Origin: a virus
Lineage: Duplodnaviria; Caudoviricetes
IMG/VR virus record: IMGVR_UViG_2684623024_000001
Location: 4,207-68,206 of that record
Direction: 5' to 3' (one strand)
DNA: 64,000 bases
Part shown: one piece after another, positions 9,109-19,003 of the stretch
How positions within the stretch are numbered: the stretch's first letter is position 1
Layout of the letters: each line of letters opens with the position of its first letter
Notes under the pieces: generated by a model
Seen by the model: the letters and a program-made list of their open reading frames with translations, nothing else
The model's database searches: none
What the model was told of the DNA's origin: nothing
Position numbers and translations under genes: made by a program

Positions 9109-10239
9109 TTAGGCCGGTCCGACGTTGATGACCGGAGCCGTCTTCTTGCCGGTCTTCCGCCGTGGGACGGGCAATCCCGCTGCCTTGAGGTTCTTGACCA
9201 TGCGATGCGCGTCCGGCTTCATCGGCACCGGGATGCCGGCGACCTCGTGGAGGTCGACCATGGCCTCCACGTCGTCCTTCTCCTCGTCGTTCCCACCGCG
9301 CCAGGAGAGCCTGTTGGGCCCGTAGATCCCGGCCGGGGACTGGTCCAGCTTCTTGCGTGCGAACTTCTTGATCCGGTCGCCCTCGCTGGCGAGTTCGAGT
9401 CCCTTCACGTAGTCGATGAGCGCCTGCTCGCGGTCGGCGTCGTTGTGAATGAGCGCCGTCTGCTCCGGTACGCCCGGCGCTGTCCCCGGCCAGCACAGGG
9501 AGCGGAACGGGCAGTAGTCGCAGATGGCATCCAGGCCCGGCCCGTTGAAGTCGCGCGGCATCTCTTCGGGGTCGCTGGTCTCGCGCACGCGCTCAACCCA
9601 CCACTGGGCCTCGGCAGCCCGCTGGGGATCGAAGTCGATCTCCTGGATGTGCTCCGCGCCGCTGTCGCGGTTGATGAAGCGGAAGCGGATGCGGCCGATG
9701 TCCAGTGGCCCCAGGCGGGATAGGTATCGCTGGCCGGGTACGTCCTCGAACCCCTCTTCGTGCAGCGCGCCCGCGTAGAGGTGGACCTGCCGCAGCTCGG
9801 CGGCCGTGGCGCCGTATCGGAGGACGCGGTCCCACATGTACGTGGACTTCGTCTTCACGTCCTCCACGGTGAGTACGTCGGCGGGTATCGCCGGTCTGTG
9901 CCGGGCAGGCAGGCGAGCGGCGGTCGTCGCGTCGAGCTGGACGACATCGACGTGACCCCGGATCAGGTCGTCCTGGACACTCCGCTCAACCAGCCATCCG
10001 TACTCCGTGCGCGCCGACTCCAGCAGGCCGTAGTGGATGAACGTGCCGAGGATCGCGGCGCGCTTGTCGGCGTGATCGGTCGGGGTGACGCCATGCAGGA
10101 TGTAGGCGGCGCGTCGGCCGCACACGGTGTCGGATGCCCCGAGCTGGGTCTGAAGAGAACGGGGGCGGCGGGCGTCGACGTCGTGAGCGGCGTCCCAAAT
10201 GGAGGGCGCGACACCGTCAACGATGGTGGCTACGGACAT
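9109..10239 (-). CDS. PD-(D/E)XK (Cas4/RecB-like) exonuclease
   Basis: CGRR...GTFIH...GHVD...EDVKT...QVHLY...CDYCPFRSLC. Confidence 0.85.
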   Translation of the reverse strand: MSVATIVDGVAPSIWDAAHDVDARRPRSLQTQLGASDTVCGRRAAYILHGVTPTDHADKRAAILGTFIHYGLLESARTEYGWLVERSVQDDLIRGHVDVVQLDATTAARLPARHRPAIPADVLTVEDVKTKSTYMWDRVLRYGATAAELRQVHLYAGALHEEGFEDVPGQRYLSRLGPLDIGRIRFRFINRDSGAEHIQEIDFDPQRAAEAQWWVERVRETSDPEEMPRDFNGPGLDAICDYCPFRSLCWPGTAPGVPEQTALIHNDADREQALIDYVKGLELASEGDRIKKFARKKLDQSPAGIYGPNRLSWRGGNDEEKDDVEAMVDLHEVAGIPVPMKPDAHRMVKNLKAAGLPVPRRKTGKKTAPVINVGPA

Positions 10240-10270
10240 GGGAGTACTCCAAGAGGTGAGTGCGAGCCGG

Positions 10271-11362
10271 TCACTGCTCGGCGTCCGCGTCCTGCTCGGC
10301 GGCCTTCCGCTTGGCAGCGGCGCGGAGCTTGTCGGCGTCGGTCAGTGGGCCCTCGCCCATCTCCGAGCGCGGGTTGTCCAGTTCAGCCGCCCTCTGCTCG
10401 GCGGCGGCCCGGACGGTGGCGATCTCCTCCCGGCTGAGGCGGTTGGCCGGGTCCGGGACGGAGCGCCACAGCGCGCCGAGAGCTTCCTTGTCCTTCAGCT
10501 CGGCGATGCGGGTCAGCCATGGCTGCACCAGGTCACCGGCGAGCGCGGGCATGATGCGCGGCTGGGATTCGACGGAGCAGCCGAGCTTGTTGAAGACCAG
10601 GTCCTCGATGCTGAAGTCCCGTAGCGTCAGCGGCTTCTTCTGCTCCACGCGCATCCGTAGCGAACGGACCTTGATGACCTGCGGGTCAGCATTGCGCTTC
10701 ATCCGCACCCAGCAGGTCGAGTCGAAGCCCAGGTCCTTCTGCGCCGCTACCTTCCACTCGCTCTTGTTCTGGATCGGCTGGCCGTTGTCGTCCGTCGCGC
10801 TGACCTGCTTACCGCGGGCCAGAACGATGGAGATGCCGGGTAGCGTGCGCAGCAGGTAGATGATCCTGTTCCACCGCTCCAGCGCGTCGTTCCACAGGTT
10901 CCGGCCGATGTCATAGGCGGCGTCCGGGTCCTCCTGGAGCAGCGCGCGGTTCTTCCTCGTCCTGCGGCCCCGCTCGTACGTCCAGTTGGTGAGCATCCGC
11001 CACAGGGCTGACCCCGAGTCGATGGTCAGGACGACCGGCGGTTCCCCGGCTGCCGCCGCGCGCCGAGCTTCTGCGTGCACGGCTTCGACCTGTTCGAGGA
11101 TGTCTCGGTACGTGCCGTCGTGCTCGATGATCAGGTAGTTGGCTCCCTCGATGGCCGCGTATTCGTCGGCCGATCCCTCGTCGAGGTCGATCCAGTACAT
11201 CTGACCGATGCGGTCGCTGCTGGAGAACTGGGCCGCCGAGTAAGTCTTGCCGGCACCTTCCTCGCCCTCGATGAGGAGGAGGGGCCACGGGACGATGCCG
11301 GTCGGCTTGCGGGTCTTGAGCTTGATGGCGGGCGGCTTTGCGGCGCCCGCTGGTGCGTTCAC
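10271..11362 (-). CDS. AAA-family ATPase, Sak4-like recombination protein
   Basis: Walker A GEEGAGKT, Walker B VLTIDS; adjacent to the exonuclease. Confidence 0.8.
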   Translation of the reverse strand: MNAPAGAAKPPAIKLKTRKPTGIVPWPLLLIEGEEGAGKTYSAAQFSSSDRIGQMYWIDLDEGSADEYAAIEGANYLIIEHDGTYRDILEQVEAVHAEARRAAAAGEPPVVLTIDSGSALWRMLTNWTYERGRRTRKNRALLQEDPDAAYDIGRNLWNDALERWNRIIYLLRTLPGISIVLARGKQVSATDDNGQPIQNKSEWKVAAQKDLGFDSTCWVRMKRNADPQVIKVRSLRMRVEQKKPLTLRDFSIEDLVFNKLGCSVESQPRIMPALAGDLVQPWLTRIAELKDKEALGALWRSVPDPANRLSREEIATVRAAAEQRAAELDNPRSEMGEGPLTDADKLRAAAKRKAAEQDADAEQ

Positions 11363-11385
11363 GATCTGGCTCCAAGAGGTCGTGG

Positions 11386-11730
11386 TCAGTCCGTGCGCAG
11401 AGCGCGGACTTCGAAGAGCGGGGACCACTCCGGGTGTTCGGCCAGCAGGAGCCGGACGTACCGGGAGCGGTAGTCGTTGTTCAGCGCGAACTCGTCGCCT
11501 CGGGTCGCCGCGCCGTACTGGTAGCGCAGAAGCTCGAAGAGCATCCCGATGCCGATGCGGCCGAACCCCTTCTCCGCGCAGTCGGCGGTCATCCGGGCCA
11601 GCGCCCTGAGGACCCAGGGGTTGAGCGCGTGGAATGCCTCGAACCGCTGCTGGATGCTCAGGTTGCCGACGTCGGCGGGGTGGCGAACGGGCTGGATGGT
11701 GCCGAACAACGGCGGCTGTTCGATCAGCAA
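11386..11730 (-). CDS. hypothetical phage protein
   Basis: TTG start with GAGGGGGAG RBS; RFEAFHALNP...LNNDYRSRYVR. Confidence 0.65.
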   Translation of the reverse strand: MLIEQPPLFGTIQPVRHPADVGNLSIQQRFEAFHALNPWVLRALARMTADCAEKGFGRIGIGMLFELLRYQYGAATRGDEFALNNDYRSRYVRLLLAEHPEWSPLFEVRALRTD

Positions 11731-11891
11731 GGCTCTCCCCCTCAGAGATAGCACGAACACTCTGGAGTGTTGGAATCTATCTCTGGTCAAGGGGATTGTC
11801 GATCGACAACATCGCCGAGCCCCGCCCGGCGGCGCTCTGGAAACCCGCATCTCACCCCCAAGCGAATAGAAGCGCACCCCCTTGGGTGCGC

Positions 11892-11924
11892 TTCTATTCT
11901 ATATGCAAATGCGGGTTAGATCAA
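11892..11924 (-). promoter_or_regulatory. Repeated phage promoter/operator (TTGATC-17-TAGAAT)
   Basis: Copy of the 16-mer, followed in the transcript by a hairpin at about 11871-11892. Confidence 0.75.
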
Positions 11925-11947
11925 GCACAAGTCGTGCTATAGCAACG

Positions 11948-12535
11948 TCAGTTGGAGGGCTGCCGCGCAGCCTTGCCGCGCGGCACGATCTTGGCCCCGG
12001 GGCCGTCGTACGTGCCGTCGCGCAGCGCAGCCAGGACCTGTTCGTCGACCGCCCAGTCCACGCCGCGCGCTCCAGCCTGGAGCGCGGGCACGTCTTCCAC
12101 CACCGGCTCAAGGAGCCAGATCGGCGATCCAGAAAGGGTGTAGTCGGCGGGACGGAAGCGGCCCGTGCCGACCGCCTTCCTCAGCAGGGCGCCGGACGGC
12201 AACCGGAACAGCGCGACCAGCTCGGCCTGACCCACCAGCGGCGGAAGCTGGCCGACCTCCCCGACCCAGTACCCCGGGTCCTGCTCCTTGACCAGTCGCG
12301 CAAGCTCGACCTCGTTGAGGTGCTTCGTGCGCGGGGTGGTCTGGCCGAAGCCCTTCACGAACTGGAGAAGCCAGTAGGGCGACCCGCTGATGATCTTGGC
12401 GTAGCGGTAGTCGAGCGTGTGGTCACGGCTGATCCACTGGCTGACCTGGAGCCGCTTCACGTCATACAGCGCGGCGAACTCGGCCCCGCCGGCCAGGTAC
12501 GGCTTCCTCGCCGCTGACCCCTGATCCCCTGCCAC
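11948..12535 (-). CDS. Putative DNA-binding protein with two tandem AlpA/Xis-like winged-HTH repeats
   Basis: Internal duplication LAGGAEFAALY...SGSPYWLL / LVGQAELVALF...SGSPIWLL. Confidence 0.65.
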   Translation of the reverse strand: MAGDQGSAARKPYLAGGAEFAALYDVKRLQVSQWISRDHTLDYRYAKIISGSPYWLLQFVKGFGQTTPRTKHLNEVELARLVKEQDPGYWVGEVGQLPPLVGQAELVALFRLPSGALLRKAVGTGRFRPADYTLSGSPIWLLEPVVEDVPALQAGARGVDWAVDEQVLAALRDGTYDGPGAKIVPRGKAARQPSN

Positions 12536-12642
12536 TCCATCGCCTCCCGCTCGCGGTACGTCTGCATATAGATTGTAACCAGCACGGAAGCGGAGTCCGT
12601 ATCCCCCCGGAGACCCGGTAGTGTGGGTGCTTCCAAGAGGTC

Positions 12643-12672
12643 GAAGGCCCCCGTCGAGAGACGGGGGCCTTC
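12643..12672 (-). terminator. Stem-loop after lysis cassette
   Basis: GAAGGCCCCCGTC-GAGA-GACGGGGGCCTTC inverted repeat. Confidence 0.7.
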
Positions 12673-12714
12673 TTCCTGCTTACTTGTGGGCTGCTCGGCG
12701 TCACGCCGATCTGG

Positions 12715-12969
12715 TCAGGTCCTCGGCAGCGGGAGCTGCGAGCCCTCGTACTTTGGCGGCCGGGCGTAGCCGAGCAGCCAGCCGAAGCAGGGCGACAGGT
12801 GCTCCTCGGCGAAGCGGAAGAGCCCGTAGTAGACGAAGATCGCGACGGGGGTGAGGACACCGGTGACGGCGGTCGCGTCCAGGTCGAGGCCATGCCGCAG
12901 GGCCACCGCGACGAGCCAGCCGACCGCGGCTGGCACTCCGGTGCGCAAGAGAGATGCGTACAGGTTCAT
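12715..12969 (-). CDS. holin-like membrane protein
   Basis: 84 aa, two TM segments, immediately after the endolysin. Confidence 0.7.
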   Translation of the reverse strand: MNLYASLLRTGVPAAVGWLVAVALRHGLDLDATAVTGVLTPVAIFVYYGLFRFAEEHLSPCFGWLLGYARPPKYEGSQLPLPRT

Positions 12970-12999
12970 GATGGTTGGCTCCTTGATGGGGATGGAGGG

Positions 13000-13845
13000 T
13001 CAGCCGAAGAGGCGGGCCCAGGTCTGGGGGCCGGGGAAGCCGTCGGCGTCGGAACCGCTCCACTTCTGAGCGAGCTGGAAGTCCCGGACGTTCAGGCGGT
13101 CGGCCTCGCCCCAGTCGCGGGACGGGCCCACGCGGTAGTGCTTGCCGAAGCCGCGCCGGACGAGCTGCTGGCCCAGGAGGAGGATCGACGCGTTCGACTT
13201 GCCGGGGCCGAAGGCGCTGCGGCCGGGGAACGGCGGCGGTCCCGGCTTGGGCGCGGGGCCCGTGGTGGGCCACTTCGGCATCGGACCCGGGTCTGTGTGC
13301 TGGTTTTCGGGCACCTGGCCATGGCCGTAGTGCCCGCCCGCGGTCTCCCAGGTGTGCTCGCTACGGTTCGCGCTCCAGGTGGGGGTGCCCATCGGCCAGG
13401 TGTCGGGTACTCCCCAACTCCGCGCCCAGGTCAGGATCTTGTCCAGGCCCTTGGCAGGGGTGTCACGAACGGTCGCGTAGGACTTCCCGTTCACCTGGCA
13501 GTAGGGGAAGAACAGCGTCTCGACCTGTAGGCAGACCCGGCCCGTGCGGTTGGTCCGGGTACCGCCGGCGGTGTCGACGACCGACTTCGACCGGCTGTTG
13601 GCCGGGTAGAAGTGGGCGGTCCTTCCGGTGAACGGGTCCCACAGCAGATGCGGAGCGGCCCCACTGCCGCCGCCGGTGAAGTACCGCACGAGCTGGTCGA
13701 ACGGGACGAGTCCGGCAGGCTTGGCCGCCGTGCCGTTCTTGTCCCAGGTGATGTGCCAGATCACGCGCGGGGCGTACTGGGCGTCGGTCGGTGCCGTGTC
13801 GCCAAGCGGATGCCGCTCGGCGCCGGGCAACCACAGGTCAGGCAT
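13000..13845 (-). CDS. Endolysin: amidase-like domain plus peptidoglycan-binding domain
   Basis: IWHIT...APHLLWD...GHGQVPENQHTDPG; C-terminal FQLAQ...ADGFPGPQTW. Confidence 0.88.
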   Translation of the reverse strand: MPDLWLPGAERHPLGDTAPTDAQYAPRVIWHITWDKNGTAAKPAGLVPFDQLVRYFTGGGSGAAPHLLWDPFTGRTAHFYPANSRSKSVVDTAGGTRTNRTGRVCLQVETLFFPYCQVNGKSYATVRDTPAKGLDKILTWARSWGVPDTWPMGTPTWSANRSEHTWETAGGHYGHGQVPENQHTDPGPMPKWPTTGPAPKPGPPPFPGRSAFGPGKSNASILLLGQQLVRRGFGKHYRVGPSRDWGEADRLNVRDFQLAQKWSGSDADGFPGPQTWARLFG

Positions 13846-13881
13846 GGCGCGTTCCAGTTCTCCCCCGCGCCTGTTGCGAGC

Positions 13882-14205
13882 TTACAGTCCGAGCTTGGCG
13901 ATCACGATCGCGACGATCAGGCCGACGGCAACCGGAGCGACGAGGGCCGTGAGTGCCAACCGACGTACGGTGCGGGCCTCTTGCTGCTCCGCAGCGCGAT
14001 CACGCTGGATGACGGTGATGTCCTCTTCGACGGCCTTGATCCTCAGCTCGTCAGTGCGTCGGTCGGCCTCGTACTGGATCTTGGTCACCATCTCGGCGAG
14101 CCTGGCCCCGAGCGCAGCGAAGTCGGAGCGCAGGTCGTCGCGCATCTGCTGCATAGCTCGCAGCAGCTCCCACGGCGTAGGGTCCTGGCCTTGCGGCTCG
14201 GTCAC
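13882..14205 (-). CDS. coiled-coil membrane protein (lysis-cassette associated)
   Basis: Coiled coil with C-terminal TM segment; GGAGG RBS. Confidence 0.65.
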   Translation of the reverse strand: MTEPQGQDPTPWELLRAMQQMRDDLRSDFAALGARLAEMVTKIQYEADRRTDELRIKAVEEDITVIQRDRAAEQQEARTVRRLALTALVAPVAVGLIVAIVIAKLGL

Positions 14206-14270
14206 GGCGTCGTCCTCCATAGGCCCCCACGCCGTGGTTCCAGTCTAGAGGCGGTATCGGCGCCCTCGCT

Positions 14271-14480
14271 TCACCGTGCAGGCGTCCCATCGCTGGTACG
14301 CAGGTCCGTGATCGGCTGTCCGCACTGCCCGCACTGGCCTCGGTAGAGAGGATGCTCAGGGTTTTCGAAATAGACCCCCTCGAAAGGGGTCGCTTCGGCG
14401 GGGCAGCCCTGGGTTCCGCAGGTGGCGATGAGCGTTACGGAGGGCCAGTTGGCCACTTCGGTGGGGTACGGTTCGGTCAT
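14271..14480 (-). CDS. small Cys-containing protein
   Basis: 69 aa with CxxxxC and CxxC, just after the tail fibre gene. Confidence 0.55.
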   Translation of the reverse strand: MTEPYPTEVANWPSVTLIATCGTQGCPAEATPFEGVYFENPEHPLYRGQCGQCGQPITDLRTSDGTPAR

Positions 14481-14485
14481 TTCGA

Positions 14486-16069
14486 TCAGCTCCCAATGAT
14501 CAGGTACCACACACTGGTGGTAGTGGTGGTTGATCGGTTGATCCACACCGTGAGGCCATTCGCAGTGACGTTGGTAGCGGTGCACTCCGCCACTGAGCCA
14601 GGCACTGATGAGTTCGCCGTAACGAAGGCGCGGAACGCGGTCCCCGCGACATTCAGTCCGCTGACCGTCACAGATGTGGGTGTGTTCGCCGTGGGGGTGA
14701 TCGACACAGTGCCGGACACGATGTTCGGGGCCCGCAGTACGCCTCCGCTGAACGTCATCTGCCGCGTGCCGCTGTTCCACGTGATCCCGGCGCCCTTGAC
14801 CACCATGGAGTGGAAGCCGCCGCCCACGTTACCGCCGCGGGCACCGTAGAGCGTAAGTGCCGAGTCTCCGTTCGGCCCACCGTTCTCGACGGTGATGTGG
14901 GCGTAACCATCCAGTTGGTCGGAGGGCTCCAGCCGTACCAGGCCCGTGCCGTTCAGCTCCGGCGAGCGGAGTGTCACGTCGGCCCTGGAGCTGGCCACTG
15001 CGGGGGACTCCAGCATGACTTCGGGCTGCGCCCAGGTGCCCATGTCCAGGACGTTGGCTCGCACTCGACCTGGAGCCACCTCCGAGGAGGATCCGGAGTA
15101 GATCTCCAGGGCGGGCTGGGAGTCGGAAGACGGGTTGAGGACGATTCGCCGGCCGCTGTCCGCCGTGCGTACGGTCGCACCGGTGACGACCTTGCCGTTG
15201 ACGGCGTTGGCGTCGAGCTTGTCCGCAGTGATGGCGCCTGCCTTGATGTGGGTGGCGTCGATCGAGCCGGCGGCGATCTTCTCTGCGGTGACTGCGTTGA
15301 CGGCAATCTTGTCAGCCGTGACGGCGAGCGCGGTCAGCTTCTCCGTCGTGACGGCGAGAGCCGCGATCTTCTCAGCGGTCACGCTCATGGCGAGCAGCTT
15401 GTCCGTGGTGACCGCCCCCGCCAGGAGCTTCGGCGTGGTGACGGCATCGTCGGCGATCGCAGTGGAGTTGACTGCCCCGAGCGCGAGCGCCGCGCTGGTC
15501 ACGGCCCCGCGGGCCAGCTTGGTTTCACTGACGATCCCGTCCAGGACCTCCTGGGCAACAACCGGGGCTGGACCCACCGGCCCGGCTTGGGCGGAGGGGG
15601 CTGATCCGGCCCCCGAGGTGTTTCGCGCCAGCAAGCGGACGTAGAGCGGCTGGTCGGCCGGGATCGTCAGCGTGCCTCCGCACGGGGATTCGAGCGTGCC
15701 GCAGAGGGTAGCCGCGCCCGGCGTGAAGCCGTCGAGGCCGGCCGCGTGAACCTCAATCCTGGCGAAGTCCAGGGGGGCGGCCACCGCGTCAGCGAAGATC
15801 CCATCCCAGGTGGCCGCCACACCGCCGAGGACCGAGGTGATGGTGGGCGGGCCCGGCGTGGGGGGCGGCGGGCCATTGACGACGTTGACTCCCGAGGTGC
15901 CATCGGGCTGCTGACCTATGACCGCGCGCAGGGACCCGTCATCGTCGAAGACGCTGATCGCGCCGTTCTCGATGGAGGAGAACGCCAGCTGGGCTGTGCG
16001 GCTTGCACTGTCCAGGCGTCGCTCTACAGCTGCCAGGCGGGCGGCGAGGCTGGCGATCTGGTTGACCAT
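14486..16069 (-). CDS. Tail fibre / minor tail protein
   Basis: 10-aa AVTAEKIAA-type repeats; position after baseplate genes. Confidence 0.8.
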   Translation of the reverse strand: MVNQIASLAARLAAVERRLDSASRTAQLAFSSIENGAISVFDDDGSLRAVIGQQPDGTSGVNVVNGPPPPTPGPPTITSVLGGVAATWDGIFADAVAAPLDFARIEVHAAGLDGFTPGAATLCGTLESPCGGTLTIPADQPLYVRLLARNTSGAGSAPSAQAGPVGPAPVVAQEVLDGIVSETKLARGAVTSAALALGAVNSTAIADDAVTTPKLLAGAVTTDKLLAMSVTAEKIAALAVTTEKLTALAVTADKIAVNAVTAEKIAAGSIDATHIKAGAITADKLDANAVNGKVVTGATVRTADSGRRIVLNPSSDSQPALEIYSGSSSEVAPGRVRANVLDMGTWAQPEVMLESPAVASSRADVTLRSPELNGTGLVRLEPSDQLDGYAHITVENGGPNGDSALTLYGARGGNVGGGFHSMVVKGAGITWNSGTRQMTFSGGVLRAPNIVSGTVSITPTANTPTSVTVSGLNVAGTAFRAFVTANSSVPGSVAECTATNVTANGLTVWINRSTTTTTSVWYLIIGS

Positions 16070-16072
16070 GTT

Positions 16073-17158
16073 TCAGGCTCCGTAGGTGTAGCGATCTGCC
16101 CGCGCCAGTTGCACGGTGACCTGCTCCGGCTCATCGCCGGAAGGTGGCTTGAGGGTCCAGCCGGTGATACGTGACCAGCCGTCGTACTGGGTCCACTCGT
16201 CGTTCAGGCGTACGCGTACGTCGTCGCCGATCTGGAAGGCCCCGATGCGCGCCGCCGGGTGGTCACGGAGAACGACCTCGGTGACTTCGCCGATGACCGA
16301 CCGGTTCACCCGCTCAGTTCGAGTGCGCGCGGCAAGCCGGTCGTTGGCCTTCTCGGCGGGGACTTCGAGGACCTGCTCCAGGCGCAGGCGACCGTTGCGG
16401 GCTGCGTCCACGACGCGGCGCCGTGAACGGCCTTCGCCGGCGCCGAGGCCGATGACGACCTGGGCGTAGCTGTCGGCGTCGTACTCCACTGGCACTGTGG
16501 ACGTGATGTTGATGCCCGAGGTGAAGCTGATGTCCTGCCGACGGGTGCCCAGGCGGGGCCACCCGATCCGGATGCGCTGTGTCGGCGTGTCACCGGACCA
16601 GGCAACGGACTCGGTCCACTCCGGTCCGCCGGCCACCGCCACCATGTCGTCCACGACCTTGCTGAGCGTCGGCGCCTCCCACCAAGGAGTGGAATACGGC
16701 TCTGCTGGCGTGCCGACCTTGGCGTTGGACGTCGTGCCGTCTACCGCAACGCGGAGGTTCCCGTCCGGCTGGGACTGGCAGTAGGCCCAGGCGTCGCGGA
16801 TCACGCGGCAGGGGTCAGCGTTGACCCACGGCCCACGCCCATCGAGGTTGCCGTGGAGGTCGGTTCGCTTGGTGAGGTAGGAGCCGAACCCACTGGCCTC
16901 AATGCGGAGCTTCTGCCCTTCAGGCTCAGCACGCCAGATGATGCCGCCCCACAACAGGGTGCGGTCTCGCTCGGCAAAGATCAGTGTGGTTCCAGGATCG
17001 ACCTGGGCAGGGGTGAGGTTCGCCAACCGCGGCTCGATGACGCCGGTGAAGTTGCCCGGTCCGCACAGTTCCGGACCGAACTCCACTTCGGTGAGCGGAA
17101 GATCCCAGGTGAGGGTGTCACCGGTAAGGGCGTGCGTGGTCAGGTAGCGGTACGACAT
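16073..17158 (-). CDS. Minor tail protein (Tal/hub-like)
   Basis: LLWGGIIW motif; synteny. Confidence 0.75.
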   Translation of the reverse strand: MSYRYLTTHALTGDTLTWDLPLTEVEFGPELCGPGNFTGVIEPRLANLTPAQVDPGTTLIFAERDRTLLWGGIIWRAEPEGQKLRIEASGFGSYLTKRTDLHGNLDGRGPWVNADPCRVIRDAWAYCQSQPDGNLRVAVDGTTSNAKVGTPAEPYSTPWWEAPTLSKVVDDMVAVAGGPEWTESVAWSGDTPTQRIRIGWPRLGTRRQDISFTSGINITSTVPVEYDADSYAQVVIGLGAGEGRSRRRVVDAARNGRLRLEQVLEVPAEKANDRLAARTRTERVNRSVIGEVTEVVLRDHPAARIGAFQIGDDVRVRLNDEWTQYDGWSRITGWTLKPPSGDEPEQVTVQLARADRYTYGA

Positions 17159-17160
17159 CG

Positions 17161-18090
17161 TCAGATGACGCCCTCGTTGAACTCCACGTCGCAGACGAGC
17201 GAGGTGGAACCATCCACGCTGAGGTTCCCGGTCTCGCTCTTCGACATGTAGGTCTGCACGTACAGGGCCTGGTTGGTGCCCCGCATGGCGGCCGTGACCC
17301 CGATGTTGTCAGCCAGGACGACGGTGGACCGGCGGACATTGTTGCCCTGGTCGTCGTCGATGATGGTGTTCTGCCCCTGGACCGTGCCGATGACCTGCTG
17401 CATCGATGCGAAGATGTCGGCGCTGTCCATGCGAAGTCCGGCGAAGGTGGTGACGGCCTTGAGATTGATGGCCCAGTCAGGCACCGGGATGGTCCAGCGG
17501 GCGGCGCCGGGCCACGTGTGCCACTTGTTGTCCTGGTAGGTGAGGCGCGACAGGCTGCCAGGGGAGGCCGTGTAGAGGCGGCGTTCCCGCCGCGGGTTGG
17601 CGATGCTCCGGAGATCCTTGATCATCGCGTCTGTGATGGCCGCGGTGTTCGGCGGGATGTCGAGACGGGCCAGCGGGATGGCCGTCATCCCGGCTGGCAC
17701 CGCCGTGGCGGTGGCCGAGACGTTGGGGATCACTTGGAAGTAGCCGATGTCGTCCTTGGCCGGGTCCCGGTTGCCCTCGTACTCAGGGTCCTCGACTCGC
17801 TGTATCAGCAGGTCCGACCGGCCTGAGGCCCCGGTCGGTGCCACGGGCACGATGGCGTCACCGACGTTGTACTGCGTGTAGGAGCCCTGGCCCCACGAGG
17901 CACCGCGTATGACCGATGACCCGTCACCGACTCGTACGGCGGAACCGGGCGTGGAGAGCTGCCGGACCTTGAGGTCGTTGGCCTCAGTCACGCCCTGGGA
18001 ACCGCGGGCGAGGTCTCTGACCATCATGCGAAATGCGCGGGCGGGGTGGGTGCCGCCGTGGGTGAGCATGGGCGGCTGGACGAGCGTCAC
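17161..18090 (-). CDS. Minor tail protein
   Basis: RSDLL...IPLARLDIPPNTAAIT...DLR actinophage minor-tail-like motif; synteny. Confidence 0.7.
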   Translation of the reverse strand: MTLVQPPMLTHGGTHPARAFRMMVRDLARGSQGVTEANDLKVRQLSTPGSAVRVGDGSSVIRGASWGQGSYTQYNVGDAIVPVAPTGASGRSDLLIQRVEDPEYEGNRDPAKDDIGYFQVIPNVSATATAVPAGMTAIPLARLDIPPNTAAITDAMIKDLRSIANPRRERRLYTASPGSLSRLTYQDNKWHTWPGAARWTIPVPDWAINLKAVTTFAGLRMDSADIFASMQQVIGTVQGQNTIIDDDQGNNVRRSTVVLADNIGVTAAMRGTNQALYVQTYMSKSETGNLSVDGSTSLVCDVEFNEGVI

Positions 18091-18106
18091 AGCAGGGTCC
18101 TCCTTC

Positions 18107-19003
18107 TTACAGGGCGGTCCACGCCGACCGCCACGAGACGGTCAGGCGCGTGGTGTTGGTGTAGTCGGCGGCCGTCCAGCGGATCTCGCTGCGACCCGGC
18201 GGGATCTGGAAGAGGTCCAGACGAGAAGCACTGGACAACGCCGAGGCGGCGTTCCCGCTGCCGTTTCGCAGAACCCAGCGCGTACCGGGGCGGGTCTCGA
18301 TGTCGATGCGCTCGCCCACCCCGAGAGTGATGTCGAGGTTCAGGACGCGACCCGAGTCGACGTGCAGGATGCGCGGGTTGGCGACGGGGCCGGTGATCCG
18401 GATGGAGGGCCAGGCCCCGATGTTGCCCTCGTTGAGCACCCATCCCGGTCGGGTCTCCGGGGTGGCGATGCCTGTGGTGATGGGCGCCACGAGCGGCGCC
18501 GTGAAGCCTCCGCTGCTGTGGGAGATGTCCAGGGGCAGGGTGACGCTGGAGGTCTCGTCATCGTGCAGGCGTGGGTCGAGGGCGGTGAACTCCAGATCGA
18601 GCGGTATCCATCCGTGAATGGCCTGGGCCGTGGACACCGCTTCGGCGCGGCGGATCCGTCCGAAGAGGACTCTCGTCCCGCGTCCGGGCCAGCGCACCCG
18701 CAGCTGTGCGAGTGCGCCAGCGGTCCGGCGGATGGCCGCGTTCGCGGCGACCGCTTCTATCTCGGCGAGTTTGTCCAGGGCTGCGGCCGGGTCGCCCGGG
18801 GTCCGGATTCCGGCTTCGATCCGCACCGTACGCGGCGAGTAGAGGTCCACTCCGGGGAAGGCGCCGTCGTCGGCAGGGTTCAGCACATCCTGCGTGCGTA
18901 GCTCGGCGGCGCCGAGTCCTTCCACGTCGGAGACGGAAACTTCGGTCTTGTGGCCGATCAGGACTCCGGCGAAGTCGATCTGCCATTCGGCAAGGGGCAC
19001 CAT
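18107..19003 (-). CDS. Distal tail protein (Dit)
   Basis: Directly after tape measure; FTALDP...NEG...PSIRITGP...IPPG. Confidence 0.8.
   Translation of the reverse strand: MVPLAEWQIDFAGVLIGHKTEVSVSDVEGLGAAELRTQDVLNPADDGAFPGVDLYSPRTVRIEAGIRTPGDPAAALDKLAEIEAVAANAAIRRTAGALAQLRVRWPGRGTRVLFGRIRRAEAVSTAQAIHGWIPLDLEFTALDPRLHDDETSSVTLPLDISHSSGGFTAPLVAPITTGIATPETRPGWVLNEGNIGAWPSIRITGPVANPRILHVDSGRVLNLDITLGVGERIDIETRPGTRWVLRNGSGNAASALSSASRLDLFQIPPGRSEIRWTAADYTNTTRLTVSWRSAWTAL

Noticed and set aside
9109-10239. Cas4 as CRISPR component
   Set aside because: Sits beside a Sak4-like ATPase in the recombination module; ordinary phage exonuclease
15190-15550. 30-bp periodic repeats
   Set aside because: Encode the ordinary 10-aa tail-fibre repeat
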